From: Anthoceros angustus
Lineage: Eukaryota > Plantae > Anthocerotophyta
Direction of reading: 5' to 3'
Assembly: GCA_010909165.1 (NCBI GenBank)
Contig: MU008184.1
Coordinates: 248,001-312,000, forward strand
Length of the DNA: 64,000 bases
In this document: piece after piece, positions 51,561 through 64,000 of the stretch
Position numbering within the stretch: position 1 is the stretch's first letter
How the letters are laid out: each line of letters opens with the position of its first letter
The notes under the pieces: generated by a model
What the model was told of the DNA's origin: nothing
The model's input: the letters and a program-made list of their open reading frames with translations, nothing else
The model's database searches: none
Made by a program: the position numbers and the translations under genes

Positions 51561-52755
51561 CCACAGCTCACAACACTTCCCAGTCCTTACGAGATTCTCA
51601 TCCAGGCCCTTACAGCACTTTCCCAACTCTCAAAATGCTTGTTCATCTATCTCTCGCAATCATTCCGTCTTACCCACTCACGGGACCTTCAACCTCCACT
51701 CACAGCTCTCTCCTTCAGCAACACAACCATCTCTTACAGACTTCTCCAGCCCTTCTTACTCCTCTCAAACAGTCAATCAGCAACTCTCCATGTCAAAGAT
51801 TCTCCACTTCTCTCGGTTCACTTTTCCTCTCATTTTCCAACCCACAAGCCCACACTCGCCTTCCTCCTCCACACACACCGGCTCCCGCCTTGTCTTCTCT
51901 CCTGCGACCTTCGACACTGAAAAACTTAAACACAAGGTGAGTACTAGACAAGCTGAGAATGAGTAAAGGAGGGCGGCCTCCCGCCCCCGACCCCTTCCTC
52001 TTGACCTTGAGGACTCCCTCCAAGGAGACACAAGGCTCCCTTCCTTGCTTTCCACCACTCTTGCGGATCCGCCACAGATCCGGGCAACAGTAGTCTTCTC
52101 CCTCGGGAGAGGCGGTGCCTAGGCTTACAAAGACCGGATCCGGAACCCTCCCAAACCCGTGCTCACCCCAAACACCGAGACTTAGGCCAACATTGCTTAC
52201 ATTTCATCAAGAGTGCCTCTTATACCCAAGATCATTACAAAAGCGGCTTGGCTTGCCAAAAATACCAATCCTTAGCCTACCAATCCTAGAGGCCTATCTA
52301 TCAATTACATCCACTATGAGAGAGGATAAGATTTATCTATAACACATGGGCCTTTAGCTATTTGTGGCCACTTACCCTATTACCTCTCCACAGGCCTCCT
52401 AGGCCGCCTAGCCCCATGTTCTCCTCTTGCTCTCCTCCCTCTTGGCTGGTTGGGCAATCTCTCCCATAAAATCTCTACCTCCTCAGCTGGACTCCTCTCT
52501 CTTGTGCTCGCCGCAGTCCGGTACTCCTCCTCGGTGAGCTCTTGAATCTGGATGGGTGAGAGTTTCCTCCTTAAGAATCCAACCCATAGGTAGGATCCGG
52601 TGCCGTCAAGGCATGGATCAAGTACCTCCATGTCCCCCCTGCCCACAACAACATAAACTTTCGGAGACAATCTTCTCTCCGCCAAGGAGAATCCGGGCAC
52701 ATGGTTATCTTGATAAGCATCCTCAATCTAATGCACCATTGGGAAGTTAGACTTC

Positions 52756-55700
52756 TTAGGCGGTGCTTACCGCTCCGGCCTGCTTGTCCTCCTCCCGGTC
52801 TTCTGCCCCTTCTTCCTTGTTGTAGCTGGTCTTGGAGCCTGTTGCTCCCTTAGCAACAGGGTCTGGAGTTGTTGCTTCCTTAGCAGCGCCGCTTGCTTGC
52901 TTAGCAACCTCCTCGGCTGTTGCTAACTCAGCAACAGATTCTTCCATGGGAGGCTCCGCATCTTCCACGGTGGCTCTCCTTGCAATCCTGGCCCTCTTGG
53001 CCTCTTTCCAGCCTTTCCTTGCCTCGTCCCTCTCCTTCTTGTAGCGCCCAGCGAGGGCATCCGCGGTTTCGGCCTGAACTTGCGCATCTGAGATGACATT
53101 CTGCAGCTCCCCTATGGTGCTTTGTGCGTCCGAGAGCTGAACCATGAGGGTTTCCTGATCCTTGGTCTTCCGCTGCAACTCTTCTCGGACCTTCCTTAAT
53201 TCCGCTTCCATGCTACCTAGGCGTCCCTCCAAGACCTCCTTCTCCTGCTTCATTCCCTGGAGCTCCTTTAGCCGCCTCCCCTGTTCCCCTGCTGTAAACC
53301 TAACAAAGAGGACGAGCTATCGGTCCTCCATCTCACCTAGTGCGTGCCATAGCCGAGACCTTCTTGTAGGGTGATGTTAGGCCCCAAACCTCGGGATGGG
53401 TTCCCTCCTTCCTATCCGCGAATCGACTCTCCCTGCGACCACTTCCGGTATACTTGAGGTCACCCCTTGAGCAGTAGTGACTTTCTCGGGTCACTCGGCC
53501 GTGCCCAAGGTTGGGCCGATTCCTCCTGTTGACTGTGGCTTCCCGCCACGCTGAACTGGTGCTGCCTGGCCTTTCCTTTGTCCTGCGCCCGTGTGAGTTC
53601 CGGCGTGCTCTTGTGGCTCTAGGAGTGGTTGGAGTCCCCTGCTGCTGTAAACCTAACAAAGAGGACGAGCTATCGGTCCTCCATCTCACCTAGTGCGTGC
53701 CATAGGGACCTCTTGTAGGGTGATGTTAGGCCCCAAACCCTCTTGGGGATGGGTTCCCTCCTTCCTATCAGGCTCTCCCTGCGACCACTTGGGTATACTT
53801 GAGGTCACCCCTTGAGCAGTAGTGACTTTCTCGGGTCACTCGGCCGTGCCCAAAGGTTGGTGATTCCTCCTGTTGACTGTGGCTTCCCCACGGGCTCTGA
53901 GCCCAGTGCTGCTGGCCTTTCCTTTGTCTGTACATCCGGGTGAGTTCCCAGTGCGTGCTCTTGTGGCTCTAGGAGTGGTTGGAGTCCCCTGTTGCTCGGC
54001 CGACCTCTCTTGGTGCCTGTTGGAGTCTTAGCAACTCCAGTTGCTTTGTTAGCAACCGGGACACCTTAGCAACCGCCACATTCCTCTTCATGGACACTTG
54101 GACTTCTCATCTTCACTCCCGGTGCCACGGAGATGGCCTCTTCCTCGACTCCTCTTTGGGCTTCCTTCTTTCAAACACCGGCCTCCGGGCATGGAAGGTC
54201 GAGACCATCTCTATCCTCCAAAGAACTTGGCATGGTCAAAACGTGGATTAAGAAGGGAGATAGAGGTGAGGGGGTGATGGTAGGGTCAAGTGGTCCCTCT
54301 CACGCCGTGTCATAGAACATCCTAGCCCAATCTATCTTGGACCCTCTCACCACCTCATAGAGAAAGACAAGAAAATGGTCAATGTGCTCTAGCTTCTTAG
54401 TGAGTGAGCCGAGAGCAGGATCCACTTGGCTAATCCACTGTGGTCTAACTTGTTGGTGACCCAGCCATTCTCCACCCTAGACAATGTGGGAGCAATGGCG
54501 ACTTGTGCCTCCTGACTTTTGGGGAGGCGGCTTCTGAAAGGATCAATGATTATTCCACCACATTCCTCTTGAGGCCTCTCATAGACACTGGAACAAGAAT
54601 ATTCAGTGCGGGGTTGGTTCTCGTGTTGCCTTCCCTGTGGCCTTCTCCCTCATGTGCCCTGCACACTCCCAAACCAACGCAGGGCTATTGTAGCACCACT
54701 TTTTGTCCATGAAGGACGGTGATGTAGCCACCAAAGACCCGCCTTCACTCTCCGGTGCCCCATGTTGGGCCATTGGGCAGTGGTAATGGCCTCAATGGCC
54801 ACGGAGTGGTCTTCTTAGGGGCCATGCTTCGACACAGCGTGGCTCGAGTTTCACAGTAAGGAGTCCCGGCTATCGTGATGCACCACCCCTGGCACTTCTC
54901 CACCTCAAGATTCCTGTCCTACTGTTCAGGTATCAGCCTCCTCAGGGCCGACTTCCCATCCGAAATTTCCGCTTAGCTCTGGCTGTTTGACTGGAGGATC
55001 CCCCTGTGGAAACACTGCTGCTCGGCTTCCAACTTCACGATGGCAAGGGTGTCCTGCCTGAATTCACTCCAGCACTTGGAAAGCGCGTCAGACAATCCTC
55101 AGACCCTGAATTTATTCAACCCACAGCCCTATCCTTCCAGCCCGTTTTCTGTGTCCCGACTTCAGCACCCCGGCACCCCTCTGGAATTGAAACCCCGTTC
55201 TTATCCTCTGACTGCCAATACACGCGCCTCGGCTCGTGCCACGCTACCCTCCTACCCGTGGCTTTGTCTGGAGGCAGGTGGCAAACACAAGGACTCGCAC
55301 AACCGATATAGAAGAAAAAAACAGCGGTTCCAAGCGTGCCAACTGTCCTTGTGTCATGGCATGTTGATTGCGGGCCATGTCATTGGAAGGAACAGACAAC
55401 ATCCTTGGCCCATGGTCATTCAATTGCATGCACAGAAATCGTCCTTGGGTCACGAAACATTAGGGAAAATCGCCCCCCTATATATGTGGACAATGGTGAC
55501 ATACCATATCAGAACATGAAGAGAAGGAGGAGAAACAACGGAAGCTCGCGCGCAAAGGACGGCGTGGCTATGTCTGGAGGTAGGTGTTCAACATTAGGTC
55601 TCGCACAACATATATAGAAGGTAAAACAACATTGTTTCATGACATTCAAATTGTCCTTGAGTCATGGCATGTTGTTTGGGGGCGATGCCTTTCTTATGCC

Positions 55701-56615
55701 CTCACAGCATCCTTGGCCCATAGTCATCCAATTGAAACCAGTCAAACCCCGTCCTTGGGTCTCGAACACGTGTGAAAAGCGCCCGCCTATATATGCCAAG
55801 CATGCCATATTCGAACAAATACGAATCGGGAGTAGCGGACTTGCGGGAAACATGGCATGGCATGGCAAGGTGTGGTGGCATGCCATTTCACTCGCCCTCC
55901 CCCCTCACTCCCGGTGCCACGGAGATGGCCTCTTCCTCGACTCCTCTTTGGGCTTCCTTCTTTCAAACACCGGCCTCCGGGCATGGAAGGTCGAGACCAT
56001 CTCTATCCCTCCAAAGAACTTGGCATGGTCAAAACGTGGATTAAGAAGGAGATAGAGCTGAGGTGATGGTAGGGTCAAGTGGTCCCTCTCCGCATGTGTC
56101 ATAGAACATCCTAGCCCAATCTATCTTGGACCCTCTCACCACCTCATAGAGAAAGACAAGAAAATGGTCGACAATGTGCTCTAGCTTCTTAGTGAGCCGA
56201 GAGCACAGTGATCCACTTGGCTAATCCGCGCCTGTGGTCTAACTTGTTGGTGACCCAGCCATTCTCCACCCTAGACAATGTGGGAGCAATGGCGACTTGT
56301 GCCTCCTGCGACTTTTGGGGAGATGGCTCGAAAGGATCAATGATTATTCCACCACATTCCTCTTCAGCCTCTCATAGACAGCTGGAACAATGAATATTCC
56401 AGTGCGGGGTTGGTTCTCGTGTTGGCCTTCTCCCTCATGTGCTCTGCACACTCCCAAACCAACGCAGGGCTATTGTAGCACCACTTTTTGTCCATGAAGG
56501 ACAGGTGATGCTTAGCCACCAAAGACCCCGCCTTCACTCTCCAGTGCCCCATGTTGGGCCATTGGATAGTGGTAATGGCCTCAATGGCCACCGGAGTGGT
56601 CTTCTTAGGGGCCAT
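52756..56615 (-). pseudogene. Decayed, partly duplicated TE accessory ORF with N-terminal globular part (MAPKKTT.., KIDWARMFYD) and C-terminal coiled coil
   Basis: ORF pieces 56364..56615 and 55905..56102 are duplicated at ~54830-54110. They continue into coiled-coil ORF 52756..53253; 53290-53640 is duplicated at 53640-53990. Confidence 0.5.
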
Positions 56616-57635
56616 GCTTCCTGACCTGTGACGTGGCTCCGAGTTTACGAAAGTAAGGAGTCCCGGCTATCGTGATGCACCACCCCTGGCACTTCTCCAC
56701 CTCAAGATTCTGTCCTCTTGTTGTATCGGCCTCCTCGGGCCGACTTCCCATCCGAAATTTCCGCTTAGCTCTGTTTGTTGGAGGATCCTCGTGGAAACAT
56801 CACGCTTTCCAACTTCACGATGGCAAGGGTGTCTGCTGAATTCACTCCGGCACTTGGAAGCGCGTCGGACAATCCTCGGACCACAATTTATTCAACCCAG
56901 CCTATCCTTCCGGCCGTTTTACGTGTCCCGACTTGACACCGGCACTGAATTGAAACCCCGTTCTTATCCTCGATGCAATACACCGCTCGCCTCGCCGGCC
57001 GGCCACTTACCTCGACGGTGGCTTTGTCTGAGGCAGTGGCAAACAAGGACTCGCTCCGATATAGAAGAAACAGCGGTTCCAAGCGTATCCTTGTGTCATG
57101 GCATGTTGATTGCGGCCATGTCATTGGAAGGAGCATAACATCCTTGGCCCATGGTCATTCAATTGCATGCAGAAATCGTCCTTGGGTCACGAAACATTAG
57201 GAAAATCGCCCCTATATATGTGGACAATGGTGACATACCATATCGAACATGAAGAGAAGGAGGAGAAACAGCAGGCTCGTGGCGCAAAGGGCCAGGCGTG
57301 GCTATGCGGAGGTAGGTGTTCAACATTAGGTCTCGCACAACATATATAGAAGGTAAAACAACATTGTTTCATGACATTCAAATTGTCCTTGAGTCATGGC
57401 ATGTTGTTTGGGGGCGATGCCTTTCTTATGCCCTCACAGCATCCTTGGCCCATAGTCATCCAATTGAAACCAGTCAAACCCGTCCTTGGGTCTCGAACAC
57501 GTGTGAAAAGCTGCCCGCCTATATATGCCAAGCATGCCATATTCGAACAAATACGGAATCGGGAGTAACGGACTTGCGAGCGGGAAACATGGCATGGCAT
57601 GGCAAGCAGGCAGGTGGCATGCCATTTCACTTCGC
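54115..57635. repeat. ~1.79-kb tandem duplication (54115-55906 / 55907-57635)
   Basis: ACTCCCGGTGCCACGGAGATGGCCTCTTCCTCGACTCC at ~54115 and ~55907, collinear throughout. Confidence 0.9.
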
Positions 57636-58501
57636 CCCCCTCCCCTCCTCACCTCCCTCACCCTCCCTCACCCCTCCTCCTCCTCCTCCCCTCCCTCACC
57701 CTCCCATAGGTTACCACATTTCGCGAATACTACATCGTCACTTCGCAGTTGCACTTCGTCTTGTCGTGGTTAGGTCTATCCAGGCGTCGCAGTTGGCATG
57801 GTTATAGCTATGGTTTGACGTAGACTTCGAAGATTTGGCTGAGGCTGTTCGATTAAGCCTACAACACCCTCCCATTGCGCGTGACTTGGATGTCGGTGTC
57901 CAGATAGTGCTTGACGCGAAAGAAACAAAGGAGGGAGGGCCGGCATCATCTGTTTGCGCCACTGTCGATGGACACGCTAGCGATGGTCGTGAAAGGCGAG
58001 AGGAAGAGGCGGGGCTGCAGCTGGCATGCTAGTGTGGAATTGCTCAACGGCGAAGATACCGGGGCCAAAACCGGAGGGGCGCGGCAAGCGATGTTGGCGT
58101 GTCATCGCCTGCGGGAGCAGGCGGGAGTGGATGCGGGAGGGTCCTTGGTGGGCCGGATGGAGGCATGGAGGTGCCTCGTGGGGGAGGGGACGTGCACGCA
58201 ACAGCCGTGGAAGGTGTTGCCGATGAGGAGGAGGGAGCGACAACAAATCCTCCTCATTCCATCCTCCTATCTCCAAGATGTGGGCAGCTAACGGTGGAGC
58301 TTGTGGGTGCAGGGGACGACCTGCCGGGCGCAGACGCGGAGTATGAAAGGGCCCTCCACAGGAGGCAGGCAGTGCACGAGTGCGGTGAATGAGGAGCGGT
58401 GGGCATGTGGAGGATGATGGTGCGTTGGGGATCTTGCACCGGATGGCGGGATGGAGAATCGGGCTCTTCTAGAAGAGCTTTTGTTTGATGGCCATGGGGA
58501 C

Positions 58502-59291
58502 TGTCGCACGAGGTAAGCACTTGAATTCATATAAGCACTTCCTCAACCAACAACCAAGCAAACAAATCTGTCTGCAGATATATAGGTGCAACCAATAACA
58601 ACGGGGAGGTAGCTCGCATGCGTGTGGCACAAACACACTCTCCCACGAGAACAACATGCAAATTCCTCACACATCGCTCTCAGTCAGCTTTGGCCTCCTC
58701 ACAACACCCTTGCATATCTAGAGGACAAGCTATGATCGCTTGTCCTCAATGGAAGGGTCTATATATACTAGACCCTAGCATCGGCATATTCCTAAGATAT
58801 CCTATTGGCATCGATATGCGGAAATATCCTAAGAATACACTATAATATGCAAGGAATATGCCAAGCATATTACTTGAGCTTATCCACTTAGCTATTGTAT
58901 TCTAAGAATACACTATAATATGCAAGGAATATGCAAGCATATTACTTGAGCTTATCCACTTAGCTATTGCTAACCATGTTTAATTAACACTAATCAATAC
59001 TTAATTAACATAAGCACCTTAGATTAATTATCACTAATTACTTACTTAAAGATAAGTAATTAGTTAATTAATGCTAATCAAACACTAAACCCAAGTGCAG
59101 AGATTAGTATCACACGGCATGACAGAAGAAAGACAGAGGTGTTCAGATTAATTACATAAGCTTAATTAACATAAGCATCTTAGATTAATTAATACTAATT
59201 ACTTACTTAAAGATAAGTAATTAGATTAATTAATGCTAATCAAACACTAAACTAAACCCAAGTGCAGAGATTAGTATCACACGGCATGACA
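58502..59291 (-). mobile_element. Solo LTR (family Y) with 4-bp target-site duplication GGAC and a duplicated terminal segment
   Basis: Plus strand TGTCGCAC (58502)...GGCATGACA (59124 and again 59291). GGAC at 58498-58501 and 59292-59295. Confidence 0.8.
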
Positions 59292-62200
59292 GGACCTCCG
59301 AAGGAGTGAGGCGGAGGGTCGGTCAGAAGGCGACAAAGTCTTTGCGTTTGGGTGACATTGCTGAGGAGCATGAGGAGAGGAGGCCGCCTGCTCACGAGTC
59401 AAGAGGCACCGTCTGGACCCGGACTGCAGACGCCGTGGATGGTGGCGGGAGGGAGGCGGTGGGGAGTGGAAATGGTGAAGAAGAGGTGGAGGAGGACCTA
59501 CCAACAACATTGATGGGGAGATAGGGGGACAGGTAAAAGTTGGCGGTAAGCCACTTGACGACATTATTGCCGTGTTGTGCAGGCTGCATGGTCGTGGGGG
59601 GTTTTACATGGCTGTGAGCCGGCTGTGTGATGGAGGGTGGGTGGAGAATGAAGATGAGGAGGAAGAGCCCACCGACGAGGACGGACTAGTCCAGAAGGCC
59701 TTCCAGCAGCGCGTGTTGGAGCTAGTGTGCGCGAAGATGCAGTTAATGGTACCATGGTCGAGCCACGACGAGTCTTTGAGGGACAGATTGGTGAGGAAGG
59801 TAGAGTATGAGTTGCCTAGTATAGATCGCGAGGATATCGTGGCCAGGTTTGCAGGGGCTTCGCGGACAAGAAACCACAACGTTGGCAAGAAGGTGCGACA
59901 AGCTGCGATTATCTGGAGGGAGAAGGGGAAAGATGCGAAATGGCTGCACCCTCCGAACGTCAGCACCAAAGCATGGAGACGGCCGTCAGCAAGCGTGGTC
60001 ACGTTGCACAAGCACGGTGGTGTGTGGCCAACCCCACAACAATTAGCCGCAACTTCAGCCCGACTTGCAAAGCACGAGCATGGGACCAATCCATTTGGTC
60101 CCATGGGAGCAAAAGAGTTCGAGAGAAGGTATGTCCAACGGTGGGGAGGGAGCGCAACAGCACAAGAGTTGAAATGGGCTGCGAAACATGGATTGGAGAG
60201 CATGCCGAGCTACTGGAGTGGTATGGCGATAGATCGTGACATGAAGTGCGCCTGTGGGGCATGAAGACCGTGAACAGTAACTGATGTGTGTGCATGGCTG
60301 CAGGTCAGAAGGAGAAGGAAAGGTATGTGGTAGGTGAAGGGCACGAAAAGATGGAAGGAACAATATAGCATGTCCCGAGGGGGAAGGGGAAGAGAAGGTG
60401 GGAACGAGGAGGGCATCACACTCAGGTGATGCCGGAGGCAGTGGGGATGGTGTGGAAGGTGGAGGTGTGAGTGCGTTGCCACCCACAAGACGAATCACAA
60501 GATCAGCTCAAAAAGTGTGAGTTTGGTGGCAATGGCGGCAGGGATGAATTGAATGCATATCCTTTTGCCTAACGTAACTTAGTGCACGGTGAGTTTGCAG
60601 CCTATGGGGCCAGGAGTGCAGGGCCTGAGAGTGGAGGTTAGTGGCTCGAACGCCAGCGCACAAAGGGTGGACATGAGCGGGAGAAAGCAGGCGGAGGTGC
60701 TAGGCCAAAAGGTCGAGCAAAAGAGTTCGAGAGAAGGTGGAGGAGTCGAGATGAGTCAGAAGGCCGCCACGCGGTGGTATGTGCAAGTCCATGTCGGCAA
60801 TAAGCCCGGATTGATTTGTCTTTGTGGGCTGGTAGATTTTGATGCCGCCTATCTTCCAGCTGCAGCGTGGAGTAAACGGCAAATGAAACACACACCGGGC
60901 GAGCGCATCCAGGGGACAGCCAGAAATCCGCCATCGCAGGTAATGTGGTTGGTGGAGGGGAGTGTGACGAATAAAGAACTCTGACGCTTCAGAAAGGCCG
61001 AGGACGGGTGATGGTCACAACAGAGGAAGGGAGATCGGCCTTACGGCAGCTGCCACACCTGTAGAGCGGTCATTCCATATTTACGTAGCGTTTACATTGT
61101 CCTTCGATAAGTTTTAGTTGTGGAATGAACCCGAAAACTATGGCATATGTCTTGCAAGCCGCACATGTTCATAATGGCGAAAGTGTAGATCGCGAGGATA
61201 TCGTGGCTGTGTTTGTGGGGCTTCATGGACAAGAAACCACAACGTTGGCAAGAAGGTGCGACAAGCTGCGATAATCTGGAGGGAGAAGGGGAAAGATGCG
61301 AAATGGCTGCACCCTCCGAACGTCAGCACCAAAGCATGGAGACGGGCTGTGGAGCAAGCAGTGGTCACGTTGCAGAAGCACGGTGGTGTGTGGCCAACCC
61401 CACAACAAGCCGCACATGTTAAAGCACGAGCATGGGACCAATCCATTTGGTCCCATGGGAGCAAAAGAGTTCGAGAGAAGGTATGTTCAGCGGTGGGGAG
61501 GAGCACAAAGACAAGAGAGTTGAAATGGGCTGCAAACATGGATTGAGAGCATGCAGCATCGAGTGGTATGGCGATAGATCGGCCTTGGTTGAATGCGTGC
61601 GGGGACATGAAGGCCGTGAACAAGAATCGATGTGTGTGCATGGCTGCGGTCGAAGGAGAAGGAAAATAATGTGGTGAAGGGCACGAAAGATGGAAGGAAC
61701 CATAGCATGTCCCGAGGGGAAGGGAAGGGAAGGTGGAACGAGGAGGGCATCACACTCGTGTGATGTCGGAGGCGGTGGGGAAGGGAAGGTGGAGGTGTGA
61801 GTGCGTTGCCACCCACAAGACGAATCACAAGATCTGTCTCAAAAAGTGTGAGTTTGGTGGCAATGGCGGCAGGGATGAATTGAATGCAGGTCCTTTTGCC
61901 TAACGTAACTTAGTGCACGGTGATTATGCAGCCTATGGGGCCAGGAGTGCAAGGCCTGAGCGTGGAGGTTAGTGGCTCGAATGCCAGCGCACAAAGGGTG
62001 GACATGAGCGGGAGAAAACGGGCAGGAGCTGCTAGGCCAAAAGGGTCAGGCAAAAGACGACGGATGTTGAAGATGCAGGAGGAGTCGACTCGATGACGTC
62101 AAGAGTCGAGTGCCGCCGCCACGGTGGTGGTATGTGCAAGTCCATGTCGGCAATAAGCCCGGATTGAGTTAGCCGGACGCCGTAGATTTTGATGCAGTTC

Positions 62201-62540
62201 CTTTCTTGCGTGCAAAGCGGGAGCAAACGGCAAATGAAACACGCACCGGGCAAGCGGGGACATTACAACCGCCATCGCAGTAATGTGGTTGGTGGAGGGG
62301 AGTGCTTGGATGAAGAACTTCCACACGCTTCCAGGGCCGAGGACGGGTGATGGTCAGTCACGAACTGAGGAAGGGAGATCGGCCTTATAGCAGCTGCCAC
62401 ACCTGTAGAGCGGCATTCCATATTTCTGACGTAGCGTTTACAGTGTCCTTCGATAAGTTTAGCAAGTTGTGGAATGAACCTCGAAAACAATGGCATATGT
62501 GCTGCAAGCCGCACATGTTCGTATACGAAGCGAAAGTCTA
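59292..62540 (+). mobile_element. Degenerate DNA-transposon-like coding remnant, possibly CACTA/En-Spm TnpA (Ptta)-like, with ~1.37-kb tandem duplication (59820-61185 / 61185-62540)
   Basis: ORF 59572..60264 has the pattern W..HDESLRDRLV..HPPNVSTKAW..HGTNPFGPMG. TAGATCGCGAGGATATCGTGGC occurs at ~59822 and ~61186; there is a Cys/His cluster SCHTCRAAFH..WHMC. Family assignment is by loose pattern only. Confidence 0.45.
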
Positions 62541-62678
62541 GATTGGGAAAAACGCACAAAGGGGGACGTTTGAAGAAACGTAATGCGCATGTGCAGCATT
62601 TGGTGGTAAATGTGATGAGGTATATATTAATGTATGAGGTGTATACTTATAAATATACATGGTTAGATATCTATATGA

Positions 62679-62681
<3 letters not shown>

Positions 62682-62737
<56 letters not shown>
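62682..62737. repeat. (TA)n microsatellite
   Basis: Directly visible. Confidence 0.95.
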
Positions 62738-62738
<1 letters not shown>

Positions 62739-63169
62739 GTGTTTCAATCATATATATAGGATTACACAGAACAAGTCGGCCTACCAACCGTATACATAGA
62801 TAGACATATAAATAATGTACAATCCTTCTATACATAAATAGGTAATAAACAAGTGTTTCAGCTGTGTATATGGGGCTTGAAAGCAAAACCAGGTGTGGAC
62901 ACAAGGGTGCATTGAAGAGGGAAGGTAGATTAATCATAAATGCATGGCTATGCAAGGGAGGTAAGATGGAAATAGGATGATACCCACAGGGAGAGAGATA
63001 GAGTTACTGATAACTGCTATGTAGGAAAAGCAAGAGGGGAAGAATAAAATACTGGTGGGAGAGGGGTGCTCATTGTCACAACCATGCTGGAACACAAAGA
63101 GGGAAACAATAAAGAAATGGGTGTCATACTGGAGCATTAACTAGGAGTGTGAGATGAAAGGAGAGACCA

Positions 63170-63560
63170 GGAGCATGCTGTTAAGATGGTAAGAGGAAGT
63201 GGAAAACAAAATCACAAACTTAACACCAAACCTTTCAACTTAATGATAAGCTCTTAATGGTGAGGTGTAAGGTCAGGAGACACTTGCATGTTGTTAAGAT
63301 GGTGAGAGAAGGTGGAGGAGGAAATCACAAACTTAACACCAAGCCAGCTAACTTTTTGGGTGTTCCACATGGAAAGTGTTACATGAAATTGTAACAAAGG
63401 ACTATAATATAAGCAAGTTTTCATTCTATATGTTTGAAATCATAAACAAGGCTAGCGAGAGGGAGGTTGTACTTAGGAGGTTGAGGTGATGAGAGAGAGA
63501 GCCAGGTTCATGTTAAGATGGTGACAGCATGAGAAGGGAATAGTGTCAATCTTAATTCCA
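63170..63560. repeat. Degenerate ~115-bp repeats (CATG.TGTTAAGATGGT..AAATCACAAACTTAACACCAA)
   Basis: TGTTAAGATGGT recurs at ~63179, ~63292, ~63511. Confidence 0.65.
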
Positions 63561-64000
63561 AGCCTAAATAGCATGTTGCAATTTGGAAGTGTAACATAAA
63601 ATTGCAATAACGACTGTAACATAGGCTGCCTTTTCTAGTAGGGAATACTGCTAGGCCATCGGGTGTCCGATATAGGAATTAATGACATGGTCGCTAACAG
63701 AGTCTCTAATTGGGTCCGTGACAACCACATCCGCAACCGAGACCTCGTCCCACGCGGAAGGCGGGTGCGCAGTAGAGAGTTAGGGAGGTGGTACGGATGG
63801 GTCCGAGGCTGTAACCTTAGACCGTTGATGCTTCATAGAGCGACTCGTAAGTCTGTTTGATTCATTAGGCGGGTCGGGTTGTTCCCTCAGTATTTCTTGT
63901 AGTACAGGGCGCACCTAGCACATGGGCACGCTAGCGGATCACGACCGCTGGCCACGTCGGACAACGGACTCAGGCGCCTGTACGACCAATGCGGATAGCA

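Overview
Eukaryotic, plant-type nuclear DNA with short (~90-250 nt) GT-AG introns. Gene content (DGD1 with N-terminal extension, two DUF1218/MWL genes, PRA1.B) suggests a compact-genome streptophyte, plausibly a bryophyte such as a hornwort; this is inference and unverified. The left half (1-33.2 kb) holds eight host genes: a bacterial-type poly(A) polymerase, TSC10-like SDR, PRA1, MSI1, two DUF1218 paralogues, DGD1 and HOP/STI1. These are interspersed with TE remnants: a truncated Ty3/gypsy with LTR+PBS+gag, a LINE RT fragment, a Ty1/copia with an internal ~500-bp inversion, and minisatellite elements. The right half (33.5-64 kb) has no recognisable host gene and is a nested TE block. Its main feature is about five degenerate tandem copies (42.0-48.6 kb) of a Dnmt3-like cytosine-C5 DNA methyltransferase domain. 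Motifs I, IV, VI, VIII, IX and X are all readable, and the domain runs directly into a Ty3/gypsy pre-RT linker, next to an LTR end and a three-knuckle gag. This points to a retrotransposon family that carries its own DNA methyltransferase. Many frameshifts and mosaic duplications in the right half may be long-read assembly error.
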